Shown here: one piece after another, positions 49,017-59,081 of the stretch
Position numbering within the stretch: position 1 is the stretch's first letter
Layout: the number at the start of each line of letters is the position of its first letter
Source: a bacterium
Lineage (GTDB): Bacteria; Electryoneota; Electryoneia; Electryoneales; Electryoneaceae
DNA length: 64,000 nt
Assembly (NCBI GenBank): GCA_963675295.2
Contig: CAXXKJ010000002.1
Coordinates: 512,001 to 576,000 of the forward strand
Reading direction: 5' to 3'
Position numbers and translations under genes: made by a program
The notes under the pieces: generated by a model
Told to the model about the DNA's origin: nothing
What the model saw: only the letters and a program-made list of their open reading frames with translations
Database searches by the model: none

Positions 49017-51088
49017 CTCAGCCGGGGCTGCCGGAAACGAAGATCCCGCGTCAACCGATCCAGGTGTTGCCGGAAGGGTTGGCAAACCGTATCGCGGCCG
49101 GTGAGGTCGTGGAACGGCCGGCGTCTGTCGTCAAGGAATTGATCGAGAACGCGATTGACGCCGAAGCGCAGCACATCGTGGTCTCGGTGAAGAAGGCCGG
49201 GTTGGACGAGATCCTCGTCTCGGATGACGGCTGGGGGATGGACGAGGAGGATGTGGTGACCGCACTCCGGCGTCACGCGACCTCCAAGCTGCGCACGGCG
49301 GAGGATTTGCAGCGGATTCTGCATTTCGGTTTCCGTGGGGAAGCGTTGCCGTCGATTGCCAGCGTTTCGCGGATGGAAGTGCTGACACGCCGGGAGGATC
49401 GTGACCACGCGATCCGTTACCAGGTGGACGGCGGCAAAGCGACCGGTCCCGAACCGGCGCAACGCGAGCGTGGCACGACGATGCGTGTGCGGACGTTATT
49501 CTACAACGTTCCCGCCCGCCGCAAGTTCCTGCGCACACCAGCGACGGAATACTCTCACGTGGTCAAGGTGTTCAAGCAGTTCGCGCTGACGTACCCGGAA
49601 TATGCGTGGACGCTGGAGAAGGACGGCAAGGAAGAGTATGCGTTGACCGAAACCGATCTGCGCGGGCGGATCGGGCAATTGTTCGGCGAGTCGGCGATGG
49701 GCGATCTGCACCCGCTCGAGCATCGGGTTGGGGAAGTGTTCGCGTCCGGGGTGATCGGTGGGACGAGCCTGTTCCGGAAGTCGCGCGGGGATCAGTTCCT
49801 GTATGTGAACCGGCGTCCGATCCAGTCGGGGAGCCTGCATCACGCTGTGGTCAATGGGTTCGGCCCGTTGATTGAACGCGGGCAGTACCCGTTTTACGTG
49901 ATGAATTTGCGGCTCGATCCCGAAGAGTTTGATGTCAACGTTCACCCGGCGAAGCACGAAGTGCGGTTCCGCGACGAAGGCATGGCCTACCGTGCGGTGC
50001 TGGTCGCAGTGCGGAACGCGTTGGGGCTGAGCTTGCGCAGCGGGGACGCGCCGGTGCGTGCGCCGTTGGGGGACAGGGACGCACAGCAGCGATCCGGGGA
50101 TGGCCGTCACGAGATGGAGCTGCTGCTCGGCAAGCCGCCACGGCGGCCGGATCAGCCGGTGATGCCGTCCAGCGGCGGGAGTATCAGTGGCATTCCAGCG
50201 TCCCCGCCAGCGATTAGCGCGGGTCGTGGCGCGGCGTCGGTTCCGCCACCGCCACAGCGCCCGACGAAACAGCATGAACCGGCGGTGCCGTATGAGTTGC
50301 CACCCTCGGTGGCGGCCCCGGGGATGAATGTCGGGCAGGCCGGACACGACCAGACCGAATCCGGACATGCCCCGGACATTCATGTCCGGGATGATCAGCC
50401 CTCGGATCAGCCGCACCAGCAAGCTGGTACGGGCACACCACAGTCGGATCATGCACCGGTGGCGGGGCACGATCCGCACGCGTCCGAACCGGCGCCGTCG
50501 CCGGCGTTGGAGCAGGCGGCGCAACGGTTGAATGTGTGGCAGGTGCATCGGACATACATCCTGTCGCAGACGAAATCCGGGCTGGTGATCATCGACCAGC
50601 ATGTCGCGCACGAGCGGATCTTGTTCGAGAAGGCGTTGGCGGCGATGCGGCAACGGCCATGGTCGGGGCAACGGCTGCTGTTCCCGGTAGAGGTGAAGCT
50701 CGATCCCGCCGAATCGCAGATGATGGAAGAATTGGCGCCATCATTGGCTAAAATGGGCTTCGAGGTCGAACCGGCGGGGTCACGTCTCTGGGCGATCCAC
50801 TCCGTTCCGGCGGGGCTGAAGGTGCGCAGCGAGGAGAAGCTGCTGCGGGATATGCTCGAGGATTACCGGCAGGAATATGATGTACGTCTCGAACCGCAGG
50901 AATCGCTGGCGGCGTCCTTCGCGTGCAAGGCGGCGATCAAGGCGGGCGATCCGCTGAACCTGGACGAGATGAACGCGCTGATCGACGAGCTGTTCACGAC
51001 GGAATACCCGTTCGTCTGCCCACACGGCCGGCCGGTGGTCGTCAACCTGACGCTGAGTGAATTGCATCGGTTGTTTGGGCGGGAATGA
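49013..51088 (+). CDS. mutL: DNA mismatch repair endonuclease MutL
   Basis: NRIAAGEVVERPASVVKELIENAIDA, GFRGEALPSI, DVNVHPAK, DQHVAHERILFE, ACK and CPHGRP. Confidence 0.97.
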   Translation: MTQPGLPETKIPRQPIQVLPEGLANRIAAGEVVERPASVVKELIENAIDAEAQHIVVSVKKAGLDEILVSDDGWGMDEEDVVTALRRHATSKLRTAEDLQRILHFGFRGEALPSIASVSRMEVLTRREDRDHAIRYQVDGGKATGPEPAQRERGTTMRVRTLFYNVPARRKFLRTPATEYSHVVKVFKQFALTYPEYAWTLEKDGKEEYALTETDLRGRIGQLFGESAMGDLHPLEHRVGEVFASGVIGGTSLFRKSRGDQFLYVNRRPIQSGSLHHAVVNGFGPLIERGQYPFYVMNLRLDPEEFDVNVHPAKHEVRFRDEGMAYRAVLVAVRNALGLSLRSGDAPVRAPLGDRDAQQRSGDGRHEMELLLGKPPRRPDQPVMPSSGGSISGIPASPPAISAGRGAASVPPPPQRPTKQHEPAVPYELPPSVAAPGMNVGQAGHDQTESGHAPDIHVRDDQPSDQPHQQAGTGTPQSDHAPVAGHDPHASEPAPSPALEQAAQRLNVWQVHRTYILSQTKSGLVIIDQHVAHERILFEKALAAMRQRPWSGQRLLFPVEVKLDPAESQMMEELAPSLAKMGFEVEPAGSRLWAIHSVPAGLKVRSEEKLLRDMLEDYRQEYDVRLEPQESLAASFACKAAIKAGDPLNLDEMNALIDELFTTEYPFVCPHGRPVVVNLTLSELHRLFGRE

Positions 51089-51144
51089 AGCTCTCGTTGT
51101 GGTTCCCTTTCCGAAACCTCGTCAACGCGAATTTCGCATTTTTC

Positions 51145-51175
51145 TTGATAGCTTCAAAATAAACCTGTATATTTG
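51145..51175 (+). promoter_or_regulatory. Putative promoter TTGATA-N17-TATATTTG
   Basis: Same grammar as 44904-44934, about 95 bp upstream of the FG-GAP gene. Confidence 0.55.
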
Positions 51176-51269
51176 CAGCAAGCGCGGGTCAGTGCCTTGA
51201 AGAAAGGCGCAGGTCCGCGCTCTGTTTTCTGGTTGCCAAAGTAGCAAAAATTGATATCGGGGGAATCTC

Positions 51270-52748
51270 ATGCGTCCGATCCTGGCGGTTGCATTGGTTT
51301 GCTTCTGGGTGGCTGCGGTTCACGCCGGCTGGCAGGAAGTGACAATTACAGACGACTATTACGGCGCGCAATGTGTTCACGCAGCGGATTTTGATGGTGA
51401 CGGCGACGTGGATCTGCTCGGTGCGGCGCTGTATGGGGATGAAATCGACTGGTGGGAGAACACGGACTCGAACGGTCTTGCCTGGACGCTGCACACTGTG
51501 GACGCTGAAGTCAGTCATCCGACGAGTGTGTATGCGATAGATGTGGATGATGACGGCGACATGGATATTCTCGGCACCAGCTATTATGACGACACTATCA
51601 CGTGGTGGGAGAACCTTGACGGGACCGGGCTGAGCTGGGGCGAACACACGGTTGGCAGCGAGTTCAGCAATCCATGGTGTGTTCATGCTGCGGATGTAGA
51701 CGGCGACGGCGATGTGGATGTCCTCGGTGCGGCATTTTACGGTGATGCGATATCGTGGTGGGAAAATCTCGACGGCACCGGCCAGAGCTGGACGGAGCAT
51801 TCGATAGGCACCCAGTTCAATGGCGCACTGAGTGTGTATACGGCGGATGTGGATGGCGACGGTGATCTGGACGTGATCGGTGGCGCCGCTTATGAGGCTG
51901 ACATCACGTGGTGGGAAAATCTGGATGGTGTTGGGCAAAGCTGGACTGAACACTCCGTGAACGGCCTGTTCGGCAACCCATGGGATGTGTATGCGGCAGA
52001 CATGGATGGTGACGGCGATGTGGATGTCCTTGGGTGCGACACGTACGAGGGGGATATCGTCTGGTGCGAAAACCGGGATGGAGAGGGCCTGCTCTGGTCC
52101 GGTCACAATGTCAGTAACACATCCAATGATGTACACGGCATTCAGGCAGCGGATGTAGACGGCGATGGTGATATGGACGTACTCGGCGCAGCTGGTGAAC
52201 TCGGTTGGTGGGAGAATCTCGATGGAACAGGGCAGTATTGGATCGAGCACACAATTGACAGCACGTATCGTTACAAGACTGTTTATTCAACGGATGTTGA
52301 TGGCGACGGCGAAGTAGACGTTCTCGGCACGGCAGAGTTTGACAATGCAATCATACTCAATCTGCAGGAGGGACCACACGAGCAGGAACCTGTTGTCGTG
52401 CTTATATCGCCTGTTACACCGACGGTGGTTCCGCAAGGTGGCTCATTTGTGTACGATTTCCGGATGCGGGTGAACTATCAACAACCGTTCAACGGTTACC
52501 TCTGGACGATGATCGGGTTACCAAACGACCAATACTACGGACCCGTATTCAGCACTCCGATCCAATTCTCTCCGGGCATGCAGGTGTCAATACCTGGAAT
52601 TCAGCAGCGGGTGCCGGGAGTCACGCCAGTGGGATACTATGACTGGATTGTAAACGCCGGGCCGACCCCCTTCATGCCTATCGGGACGGATTCTTTCCCC
52701 GTTCGGGTGATCGCTGGTTCCGCAGCAGATAGCATTACCACGGACTGA
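51270..52748 (+). CDS. Secreted FG-GAP/VCBS-repeat protein with terminal Ig-like module, no CTD
   Basis: Signal peptide and seven very regular ADVDGDGDVDVLG...WWENLDG.G.SW.EH repeats. Confidence 0.9.
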   Translation: MRPILAVALVCFWVAAVHAGWQEVTITDDYYGAQCVHAADFDGDGDVDLLGAALYGDEIDWWENTDSNGLAWTLHTVDAEVSHPTSVYAIDVDDDGDMDILGTSYYDDTITWWENLDGTGLSWGEHTVGSEFSNPWCVHAADVDGDGDVDVLGAAFYGDAISWWENLDGTGQSWTEHSIGTQFNGALSVYTADVDGDGDLDVIGGAAYEADITWWENLDGVGQSWTEHSVNGLFGNPWDVYAADMDGDGDVDVLGCDTYEGDIVWCENRDGEGLLWSGHNVSNTSNDVHGIQAADVDGDGDMDVLGAAGELGWWENLDGTGQYWIEHTIDSTYRYKTVYSTDVDGDGEVDVLGTAEFDNAIILNLQEGPHEQEPVVVLISPVTPTVVPQGGSFVYDFRMRVNYQQPFNGYLWTMIGLPNDQYYGPVFSTPIQFSPGMQVSIPGIQQRVPGVTPVGYYDWIVNAGPTPFMPIGTDSFPVRVIAGSAADSITTD

Positions 52749-52818
52749 AGTCCATGGTAATTATCTTGCTCACAGCTCACAGCTCACAGCTCACAGCTCA
52801 CAGCTCACAGCTCACAGC
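52734..52818. repeat. Family A-like hairpin containing the stop codon, plus (GCTCACA)x7
   Basis: ATTACCACGGAC-TGAA-GTCCATGGTAAT at 52734-52761, and seven perfect heptamers at 52768-52816. Confidence 0.92.
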
Positions 52819-53469
52819 CTAGAAAACCACATCCAGTAGTCCACGTCCCATGCGGGCGAACCAGCCGGGGCGGTAGGATTGTTTCACGGAGCCGTCCGGG
52901 TTGAGCCAGACTTCGGTGCCGGCGCGCCACAGCGAGTTGTCGTAGGTGTAATCTTCGGCGAGGGTGCAGTGGGAGAGGTGGCCCTGTTCGTCGAAATGGA
53001 CCGCGGTCAGTGCCCCGCCTTTGACGACCACACCTTGAATTTCCCACGATTCCCGCAGGAAGCAGAGGCGCAGTTGTTTGTTCGGATGGAAGCCGGTATC
53101 GATTTTCCCGCCGCCGTCAATGGGGAGCCCGTCGATGTCCATATCATGTGCGAGCCAGGCTTTGACGATGTCACCGTCCTCGTAGAACACGGTGCTTCCT
53201 TCGGGGAGGACGATATCGCCGAACGGCAGGTCTTCGGCGAGTTCGGAGTGACGCAGGGTGCCGGTGGAATCGAACCAGGTCCAGCCTTCGAAGCGGACGC
53301 CGTCCAGGTCGACCGGTTCTTCGAGGTACACGCGTTTCGTCTCGCCGTTCTCGTGCAGAAGGCGGCTGCTTTCACGGATAGCGCTTTCCGGGATCTCGGA
53401 CGAGAACAGCAGGTTGGACAGGGCCACGAGAACCGGAACCAGGACGAATGTGTGCAGTCGATGATGCAT
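52819..53469 (-). CDS. Hypothetical exported protein with MORN/YwqK-like beta-hairpin repeats
   Basis: Hydrophobic N-terminus and repeats of about 30 aa (F...G.L....LA.D..I.G). Confidence 0.7.
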   Translation of the reverse strand: MHHRLHTFVLVPVLVALSNLLFSSEIPESAIRESSRLLHENGETKRVYLEEPVDLDGVRFEGWTWFDSTGTLRHSELAEDLPFGDIVLPEGSTVFYEDGDIVKAWLAHDMDIDGLPIDGGGKIDTGFHPNKQLRLCFLRESWEIQGVVVKGGALTAVHFDEQGHLSHCTLAEDYTYDNSLWRAGTEVWLNPDGSVKQSYRPGWFARMGRGLLDVVF

Positions 53470-53770
53470 TGCGAATCTCTCCCTCCTTGGATCCGCGGCC
53501 CGAAAATCCGGCGGTGATTGCATGAGTTTTGGTCTGATCGTTGAACAGCCGGACGTACCCCGGGCAGGTATAACTTAGACACGGAAAGTCGAGGTTCAGT
53601 TACAGTGGAGGTTTTTCACGTGTCTCCGGAGTGGCATGTTTGAATCCAGTAAAATCATGAAAATCCTGGACTAAGGATTCTCCCATCGGTGTAAGTCGTT
53701 AGAATATCGGTAGCTCCGGAGATAGGTTACGAAACTACATTTGTCGTGGGGGACGACGCGGAGGGCAGGC

Positions 53771-54136
53771 ATGGCGATAAACTACGATATCGAGGTCCGG
53801 GACGGCTGTTTGTGTGTGAAGACGTCCGGCTTCGCCGAATCCCTGGAAGAGCACATGGCGTATGCTCACGCCGCATACGACGCCATGATCAACGCGGGAT
53901 GCTCGGAAATCCTGATTGACGAGTGGGAGATGGAATACCGGCTGGGGACGTTCGATATCTACAAGCTGGCCGAGGATGTGGCGAATTCGGCGGAAGTGCC
54001 GATGCGGGTCGCGGTGGTGACAAATCCGGAGAACAACATCGACGCCCGTTTTTTTGAGGATGTAGTCAGCAACCGTGGCTTCAAGCTATTGTATTTCAAG
54101 ACGCTGGACGAGGCGCATGCGTGGTTGAAATCCTGA
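53771..54136 (+). CDS. SpoIIAA-like (STAS/SEC14-like) small protein, paralog 1
   Basis: LIDEWEMEYRL..FD..KLAE.VA, RVAVVT, FFEDVVSNRG and A.AWL. Confidence 0.75.
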   Translation: MAINYDIEVRDGCLCVKTSGFAESLEEHMAYAHAAYDAMINAGCSEILIDEWEMEYRLGTFDIYKLAEDVANSAEVPMRVAVVTNPENNIDARFFEDVVSNRGFKLLYFKTLDEAHAWLKS

Positions 54137-54263
54137 CGCTGGCTGGTTCGCCAGGGGTCAGGCCGGAGCGGTCTATCAAAGTACGTTGTAGGGGTGTTTG
54201 GGAAACATGGCGGCTCGCGGGGATGGTGTGTTCTCCTGTCGGCCCTACCAGTCGGGGAATGCG

Positions 54264-54629
54264 ATGTCGTTGGATTTGCGTGTAGATGTGGCTGATGATA
54301 TTCTGGTCATCACGACGTCGGGAGTGCTGGGAAATCTGGATCAGCATCTGGACTATGTTCGGGCAGTGCACGCCGAAGTGGTCCGGCTTGGGAAAACGCG
54401 GCTGCTCCTGGATGAACGCGCGTTGCAGTACAACCTGAAGACGGCAGAGGTGTTCAAGCTGGGTGAAAACGTTGCCGGCACTGTTGAACCCGCGATGCGG
54501 ATCGCGGTGGTGACCGAAGCGAGAAAAGGCTCACGGTTCGAGTTTTTTGAAGATGTGGTCCGCAATCGTGGTCTTAGGTACAAGGTTTTCCTTTCGCGTG
54601 AAGACGCTGAAGCTTGGTTGATGTCTTGA
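54264..54629 (+). CDS. SpoIIAA-like (STAS/SEC14-like) small protein, paralog 2
   Basis: LLDERALQYNL, RIAVVT, FFEDVVRNRG and AEAWL. Confidence 0.75.
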   Translation: MSLDLRVDVADDILVITTSGVLGNLDQHLDYVRAVHAEVVRLGKTRLLLDERALQYNLKTAEVFKLGENVAGTVEPAMRIAVVTEARKGSRFEFFEDVVRNRGLRYKVFLSREDAEAWLMS

Positions 54630-54735
54630 TAAATGACTGTTTTCTTAATAGAATTCTAATCTGTTTCCAGTAAATTACCAACCTTAACTGTGGCCGGTTG
54701 ACAGAGATCCTCATTCTGAATCCTGTGGAGCCTCC

Positions 54736-55107
54736 ATGGCGATCCACCATGAGATTGTACCGGATGGACGTGTGCTGCGCGTGCGGGCATGGGGATTTGA
54801 TGAATCACTTGATGATGCGAATGCATACGCAGAAACTGTGCTCGCAGGTATTCTCAAAAATGATGCAACTCACGTCTTTTGTGACGAACGCGAATTGACC
54901 TATCGCCTCAATCTGCTGGATACGTTCAAACTGGCGGAACACGTTGCAAAACTTGTCCCGCACTCATTGAAGGTGGCCATTGTCACGAAGTCGGAAAATC
55001 TGAAGGACGCGTCCTTTTATGAAGACGTGGCCGTGAGCCGTGGTATGTCGGTGCGGGTTTTCTATGACGTTGAACATGCATGGAAATGGTTAGGTATTCC
55101 ACGGTAG
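54736..55107 (+). CDS. SpoIIAA-like (STAS/SEC14-like) small protein, paralog 3
   Basis: CDERELTYRL, KVAIVT, FYEDVAVSRG and AWKWL. Confidence 0.75.
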   Translation: MAIHHEIVPDGRVLRVRAWGFDESLDDANAYAETVLAGILKNDATHVFCDERELTYRLNLLDTFKLAEHVAKLVPHSLKVAIVTKSENLKDASFYEDVAVSRGMSVRVFYDVEHAWKWLGIPR

Positions 55108-55235
55108 GGTTCCAACGTCCCGGTGTATATCGTGCCGCTTCGAGCATTTCGTGCTCTATTTGCCTTACTACCCCTGTCTGCTGTCCTATTTTTACCCCCA
55201 GCTGGTTTGTCGCAATTGTCGAGGTGGAGATTCCG

Positions 55236-57293
55236 ATGCGTAATCCCGTTATTCGCTGTGCGTTGTTATTGTTGGTCGTGCTGCTGGCCGTGCCCGCTCC
55301 GGCACAGGAAATACTGACCGTCACCTCGCCGCTGGGTAAGAACCTGATTTCGTTCAGCCTGCAAGACGGCATCCCGATGTACCAGGTCGATCGTGGCGAA
55401 ACGCCGGTGATCAAGCCGTCGCGGATGGGTTTTACGCTCAAGCAGGTCGAGCTCAATGGCGGATTTGAGCTGGTCGAGAGTGAATCGGGCACGGTGGACG
55501 ACACCTGGGTGCTGCCGTGGGGCGAAGTTGACACGATCCGTGACTTCCACAACTGGATGAATGTGACGTTGCAGACCGTAGGCGACGATCCGTGGCGGCT
55601 GAAGGTGTATTTCCGGGCGTATGATGACGGGGTTGCGTTCCGGTATGAAATCCTGCCGCGTGAGGGTGTGGGTGAGGTTCAGATCATGGATGAGCTGACC
55701 GAATTTGCATTGGCGGGTGATCACAGCGCGTGGTGGATCGGCGGCTACCAGGGCAACCGTTACGAATACCTTTACCAGAACACGGCGGTCAGCGAGCTGG
55801 ACACAGTGCACACGCCGGTGACGATGGAAACCGCCGGTGGGCTGTACCTCAGTTTTCACGAAGCGGCGCTGACGGATTATGCGAGCATGGTACTGGTGCG
55901 CAACGAGGGATTGACGCTGGACGCCAGCCTCGCCGAATGGTCGGACGGGGTCAAGGTGCGTGGGGAGCTGCCGATCAAGTCGCCGTGGCGGACAATTCAG
56001 ATCGCGGATACGCCGGGCGGGTTGATCACCTCCTACCTCATCCTCAACTGCAACGAGCCGAGCAAAATCGAGGATACGAGCTGGATCAAGCCGGCGAAGT
56101 ACGTCGGGATCTGGTGGGAGATGCACCTGGCGACGTCCACGTGGGAATCCGGCGACAAGCACGGTGCGACGACGGAGAACACGAAACGTTACATCGACTT
56201 CGCGGCGGCCAACGGGTTCGACGCGGTGCTGGTCGAGGGCTGGAACATCGGTTGGGACGGCAATTGGGTCGCGAACGGCGAGCTGTTCAGTTTCACCGAA
56301 CCGTATCCGGATTATGACCTCACCGCTCTGGCGGAGTATGCGAAGGAAAAGGGTGTATATATCATCGCTCACAACGAAACGTCCACCGGAATCCTCAACT
56401 ATGAACAGCAGATGGACGCTGCGTTTACGTTGTACGAGAAGCTGGGGATGAAAGCGATTAAATCGGGGTATGTTGGCCACGGCAAAGAGATCCTGCGCAA
56501 GGACCCCGCGACCTCCGAGGTGCTGGGCAAGGAGTGGCATCACGGGCAGTGGATGGTGAACCATTACCGCCGGGTGGTGGAGACGGCGGCGAAGCATCAC
56601 ATCATGCTGGATGTGCACGAACCGATCAAGCCGACCGGCATCCGGAGGACGTGGCCGAACATGATGACGCGTGAGGGCGCGCGCGGGCAGGAGTATAACG
56701 CGTGGGCCGGGGACGGCGGCAACCCGCCGGAACATGTCTGCGTGCTGCCGTTCACCCGTCTGCTGGCGGGACCGATGGATTTCACGCCGGGCATTTTCGA
56801 CCTGCTCTACCAGAACAATCCGGACGCACGTCCGAACAACCGTGTCAACACGACACTTGCGAAGCAGTTGGCGGAATATGTGGTGATCTACAGCCCGATG
56901 CAGATGGCTGCCGACCTGCCGGAAAACTATGAGGGCCATCCGGCGTTCCAGTTCATCCGGGATGTGCCGGTGGACTGGTCAGAGACGGTGGTGCTGAATG
57001 GCGAGATCGGGGAGTTTGTGACCATCGCCCGCAAGGATCGCAACAGCGAGGACTGGTACCTGGGCAGCGTGACGAATGAAAAGGCGCGCACGTTGGCCAT
57101 CCCACTCGACTTCCTTTCGAATGGAATAACGTACACGGCACAGATTTACGCGGACGGTGCGGACGCGGACTGGGTGACGAATCCGTACTCGTACGAAATC
57201 GGCGAGCAGAAGGTATTCCCCGGAGATATCTTTGATATCAGGCTGGCTCCCGGTGGAGGTCAGGCGGTACGGTTTATCGCGGAAGAAGATTAG
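55236..57293 (+). CDS. Glycoside hydrolase family 97 (SusB-like alpha-glucosidase)
   Basis: RAYDDGVAFRY, SWIKPAKYVGIWWEMH, YIDFAA, LVEGWNIGW, HNET, RTWPN..TREGARGQEY and GPMDFTPG; signal peptide. Confidence 0.95.
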   Translation: MRNPVIRCALLLLVVLLAVPAPAQEILTVTSPLGKNLISFSLQDGIPMYQVDRGETPVIKPSRMGFTLKQVELNGGFELVESESGTVDDTWVLPWGEVDTIRDFHNWMNVTLQTVGDDPWRLKVYFRAYDDGVAFRYEILPREGVGEVQIMDELTEFALAGDHSAWWIGGYQGNRYEYLYQNTAVSELDTVHTPVTMETAGGLYLSFHEAALTDYASMVLVRNEGLTLDASLAEWSDGVKVRGELPIKSPWRTIQIADTPGGLITSYLILNCNEPSKIEDTSWIKPAKYVGIWWEMHLATSTWESGDKHGATTENTKRYIDFAAANGFDAVLVEGWNIGWDGNWVANGELFSFTEPYPDYDLTALAEYAKEKGVYIIAHNETSTGILNYEQQMDAAFTLYEKLGMKAIKSGYVGHGKEILRKDPATSEVLGKEWHHGQWMVNHYRRVVETAAKHHIMLDVHEPIKPTGIRRTWPNMMTREGARGQEYNAWAGDGGNPPEHVCVLPFTRLLAGPMDFTPGIFDLLYQNNPDARPNNRVNTTLAKQLAEYVVIYSPMQMAADLPENYEGHPAFQFIRDVPVDWSETVVLNGEIGEFVTIARKDRNSEDWYLGSVTNEKARTLAIPLDFLSNGITYTAQIYADGADADWVTNPYSYEIGEQKVFPGDIFDIRLAPGGGQAVRFIAEED

Positions 57294-57439
57294 GATTCCC
57301 GAACAACAGGCGCTATACTCGCTGTTAGCGGCGCGATGTGGATTGTGAACTCGTTCCATGCCGCGCCGTTTTTTGTTACGCGAGTAGTGGTACAAACAAT
57401 TCCAGCCCTTTTGATGAACAGCACAGCACGGAGCAGTTG

Positions 57440-58948
57440 ATGAGCTATCGCATTGTGGCCTTTCTCTTGCTGGTGCCGATTGTGGCGCTGGCGCAACCGA
57501 ATTTCATTGCGCACACGGTGAGTACGACGATCAACTCACCCGTCGGCATCCATGCGAATGATCTTGATCAGGACGGCCAGATGGAGCTGGTCATCGCGGA
57601 TTATATCGGTGATGCGGCCTATATCCTGAGTGGGTCGGGGGATACGTGGACGGCGGAAACGCTGGCCGATCCGATACCCGGCATCAATGAATTCAACAGT
57701 GGCGATTTTGACGGGGACGGCGATCCTGATCTGTGTGCAGCGGTGTATGAAGGTGACAACATTCTGACGTGGAAGAATGAAGGTGGATCATGGATTCAGT
57801 ATCCGGTGGGCGACTACTACTCTCCGCGCCGTATCCTGACCGGGGATATCAACGGTGATGGTGATGTGGACATTATCGCGTGTTCCGGGACTCAGGGTGT
57901 CTGGTGGTGGGAAAACGAAGGCATGGCGGGTTCATGGACTCTGCATCCCATGTTTACCAGCGGCGATTTTCACGGTCTCGATGTAAAGGACATGGACGGC
58001 GACGGCGACCTCGATATCATCACCGGCGGACCGGCCAGCAACATCCGCTGGTCGGAGAATGACGGGAGCGGATCGTTTACGCACCACACGATTACGCAGC
58101 AGGGAAACGGACCAAAAGATGTGTTCGCCGCAGACATGGATGCGGATGGCGATATGGATGTGTTGGTTGGCGCGGACCTGTCTGACCAGGTGTTGTGGTA
58201 TGAAAACGATGGTTCGAATCCATGGCCGTCGCACGTCATTGATTATTCATTCGACAGCCCGCAGGACGTGGAAGCAGCTGACTTGGACATGGACGGCGAC
58301 CTCGATGTGATCGGCGCGGCGTACTACGGCGGGGTCATCCGCTGGTGGGAACAGCGGGCTGATGGCAGCTTCGAGCAATACGACATCCAGATCAATTTCC
58401 TCTATCCGACGAAAATCGACGTGGAAGATCTGGACGGCGACGGCGACCTCGACATCGCCAGCGCCTCGTACAGTCAGAACCTGATCACATGGTGGGAGCA
58501 GGAAGGTTCGCCGAGCCCGGTGCAGTTCACGTTGGTGCCGCAGGTGAGCGTGGTGCCGCCGAGTGGCGGTGATGTGGAGTATGACGCCAGCCTGGTGAGT
58601 TCCTTGCCGGGCACGATACCCGGATTGAGCTACTGGACCTACGCGCAGTTGCCGAACCAGCAACTGGTGGGACCGTTGAGCCGGATCAATTTCACGCACA
58701 CGCCATTTATGAATGTGACGGTTACCGGGTTGACGTTGAGCGTGCCCGCCGCCGCGCCCGCTGGAGACTATCTGCTGATCGGACGAGTGGGATTCTACCC
58801 GAATCCGCAGGCGGAAGCGAGTTTCCCGTTCACGAAATCCGGTGTCCAGGGCCGTGCGTTGTCAGGCGCTGACCTGGTGCATGTGTGGGTCAGCGAGGAA
58901 GTGGCGAACGGTCGGGCGCGGTTGAATGTTGAACGTCACAGCGACTAG
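57440..58948 (+). CDS. Secreted FG-GAP/VCBS-repeat protein with Ig-like module, no CTD
   Basis: Signal peptide ending ALA-Q, DxDGDGDLD...WWEN/EQ repeats, and the shared C-terminal module. Confidence 0.9.
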   Translation: MSYRIVAFLLLVPIVALAQPNFIAHTVSTTINSPVGIHANDLDQDGQMELVIADYIGDAAYILSGSGDTWTAETLADPIPGINEFNSGDFDGDGDPDLCAAVYEGDNILTWKNEGGSWIQYPVGDYYSPRRILTGDINGDGDVDIIACSGTQGVWWWENEGMAGSWTLHPMFTSGDFHGLDVKDMDGDGDLDIITGGPASNIRWSENDGSGSFTHHTITQQGNGPKDVFAADMDADGDMDVLVGADLSDQVLWYENDGSNPWPSHVIDYSFDSPQDVEAADLDMDGDLDVIGAAYYGGVIRWWEQRADGSFEQYDIQINFLYPTKIDVEDLDGDGDLDIASASYSQNLITWWEQEGSPSPVQFTLVPQVSVVPPSGGDVEYDASLVSSLPGTIPGLSYWTYAQLPNQQLVGPLSRINFTHTPFMNVTVTGLTLSVPAAAPAGDYLLIGRVGFYPNPQAEASFPFTKSGVQGRALSGADLVHVWVSEEVANGRARLNVERHSD

Positions 58949-59025
58949 CGGAAACCGAACCCACAGAAAAGTGGCAGTACCTGCCAGGAATGTGCGGGAC
59001 TACATTTTAAGTTCTAAACGCATCA

Positions 59026-59053
59026 GGGCCTGTTGACATGGATCAACAGGCCC
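59026..59053. terminator. Hairpin between convergent genes
   Basis: GGGCCTGTTGA-loop-TCAACAGGCCC. Confidence 0.6.
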
Positions 59054-59081
59054 GGTGTTGTTCTGGCGCTGAAAGTGAGTG

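Noticed and set aside
50040-50520. Pro/His/Gln-rich stretch in MutL as an insertion or intein
   Set aside because: It corresponds to the normally variable linker between the ATPase and C-terminal domains and has no intein motifs.
58205-58230. GGTTCGAATCC tRNA T-arm-like motif
   Set aside because: It lies inside an FG-GAP coding repeat (DGSNP) with no cloverleaf around it.
58949-59025. Frameshifted T9SS tail after gene 57440-58948 (CCGAACCCA = PNP)
   Set aside because: No FN, YN..GQ or SG.Y motif follows in any frame, and there is too little room before the next gene.
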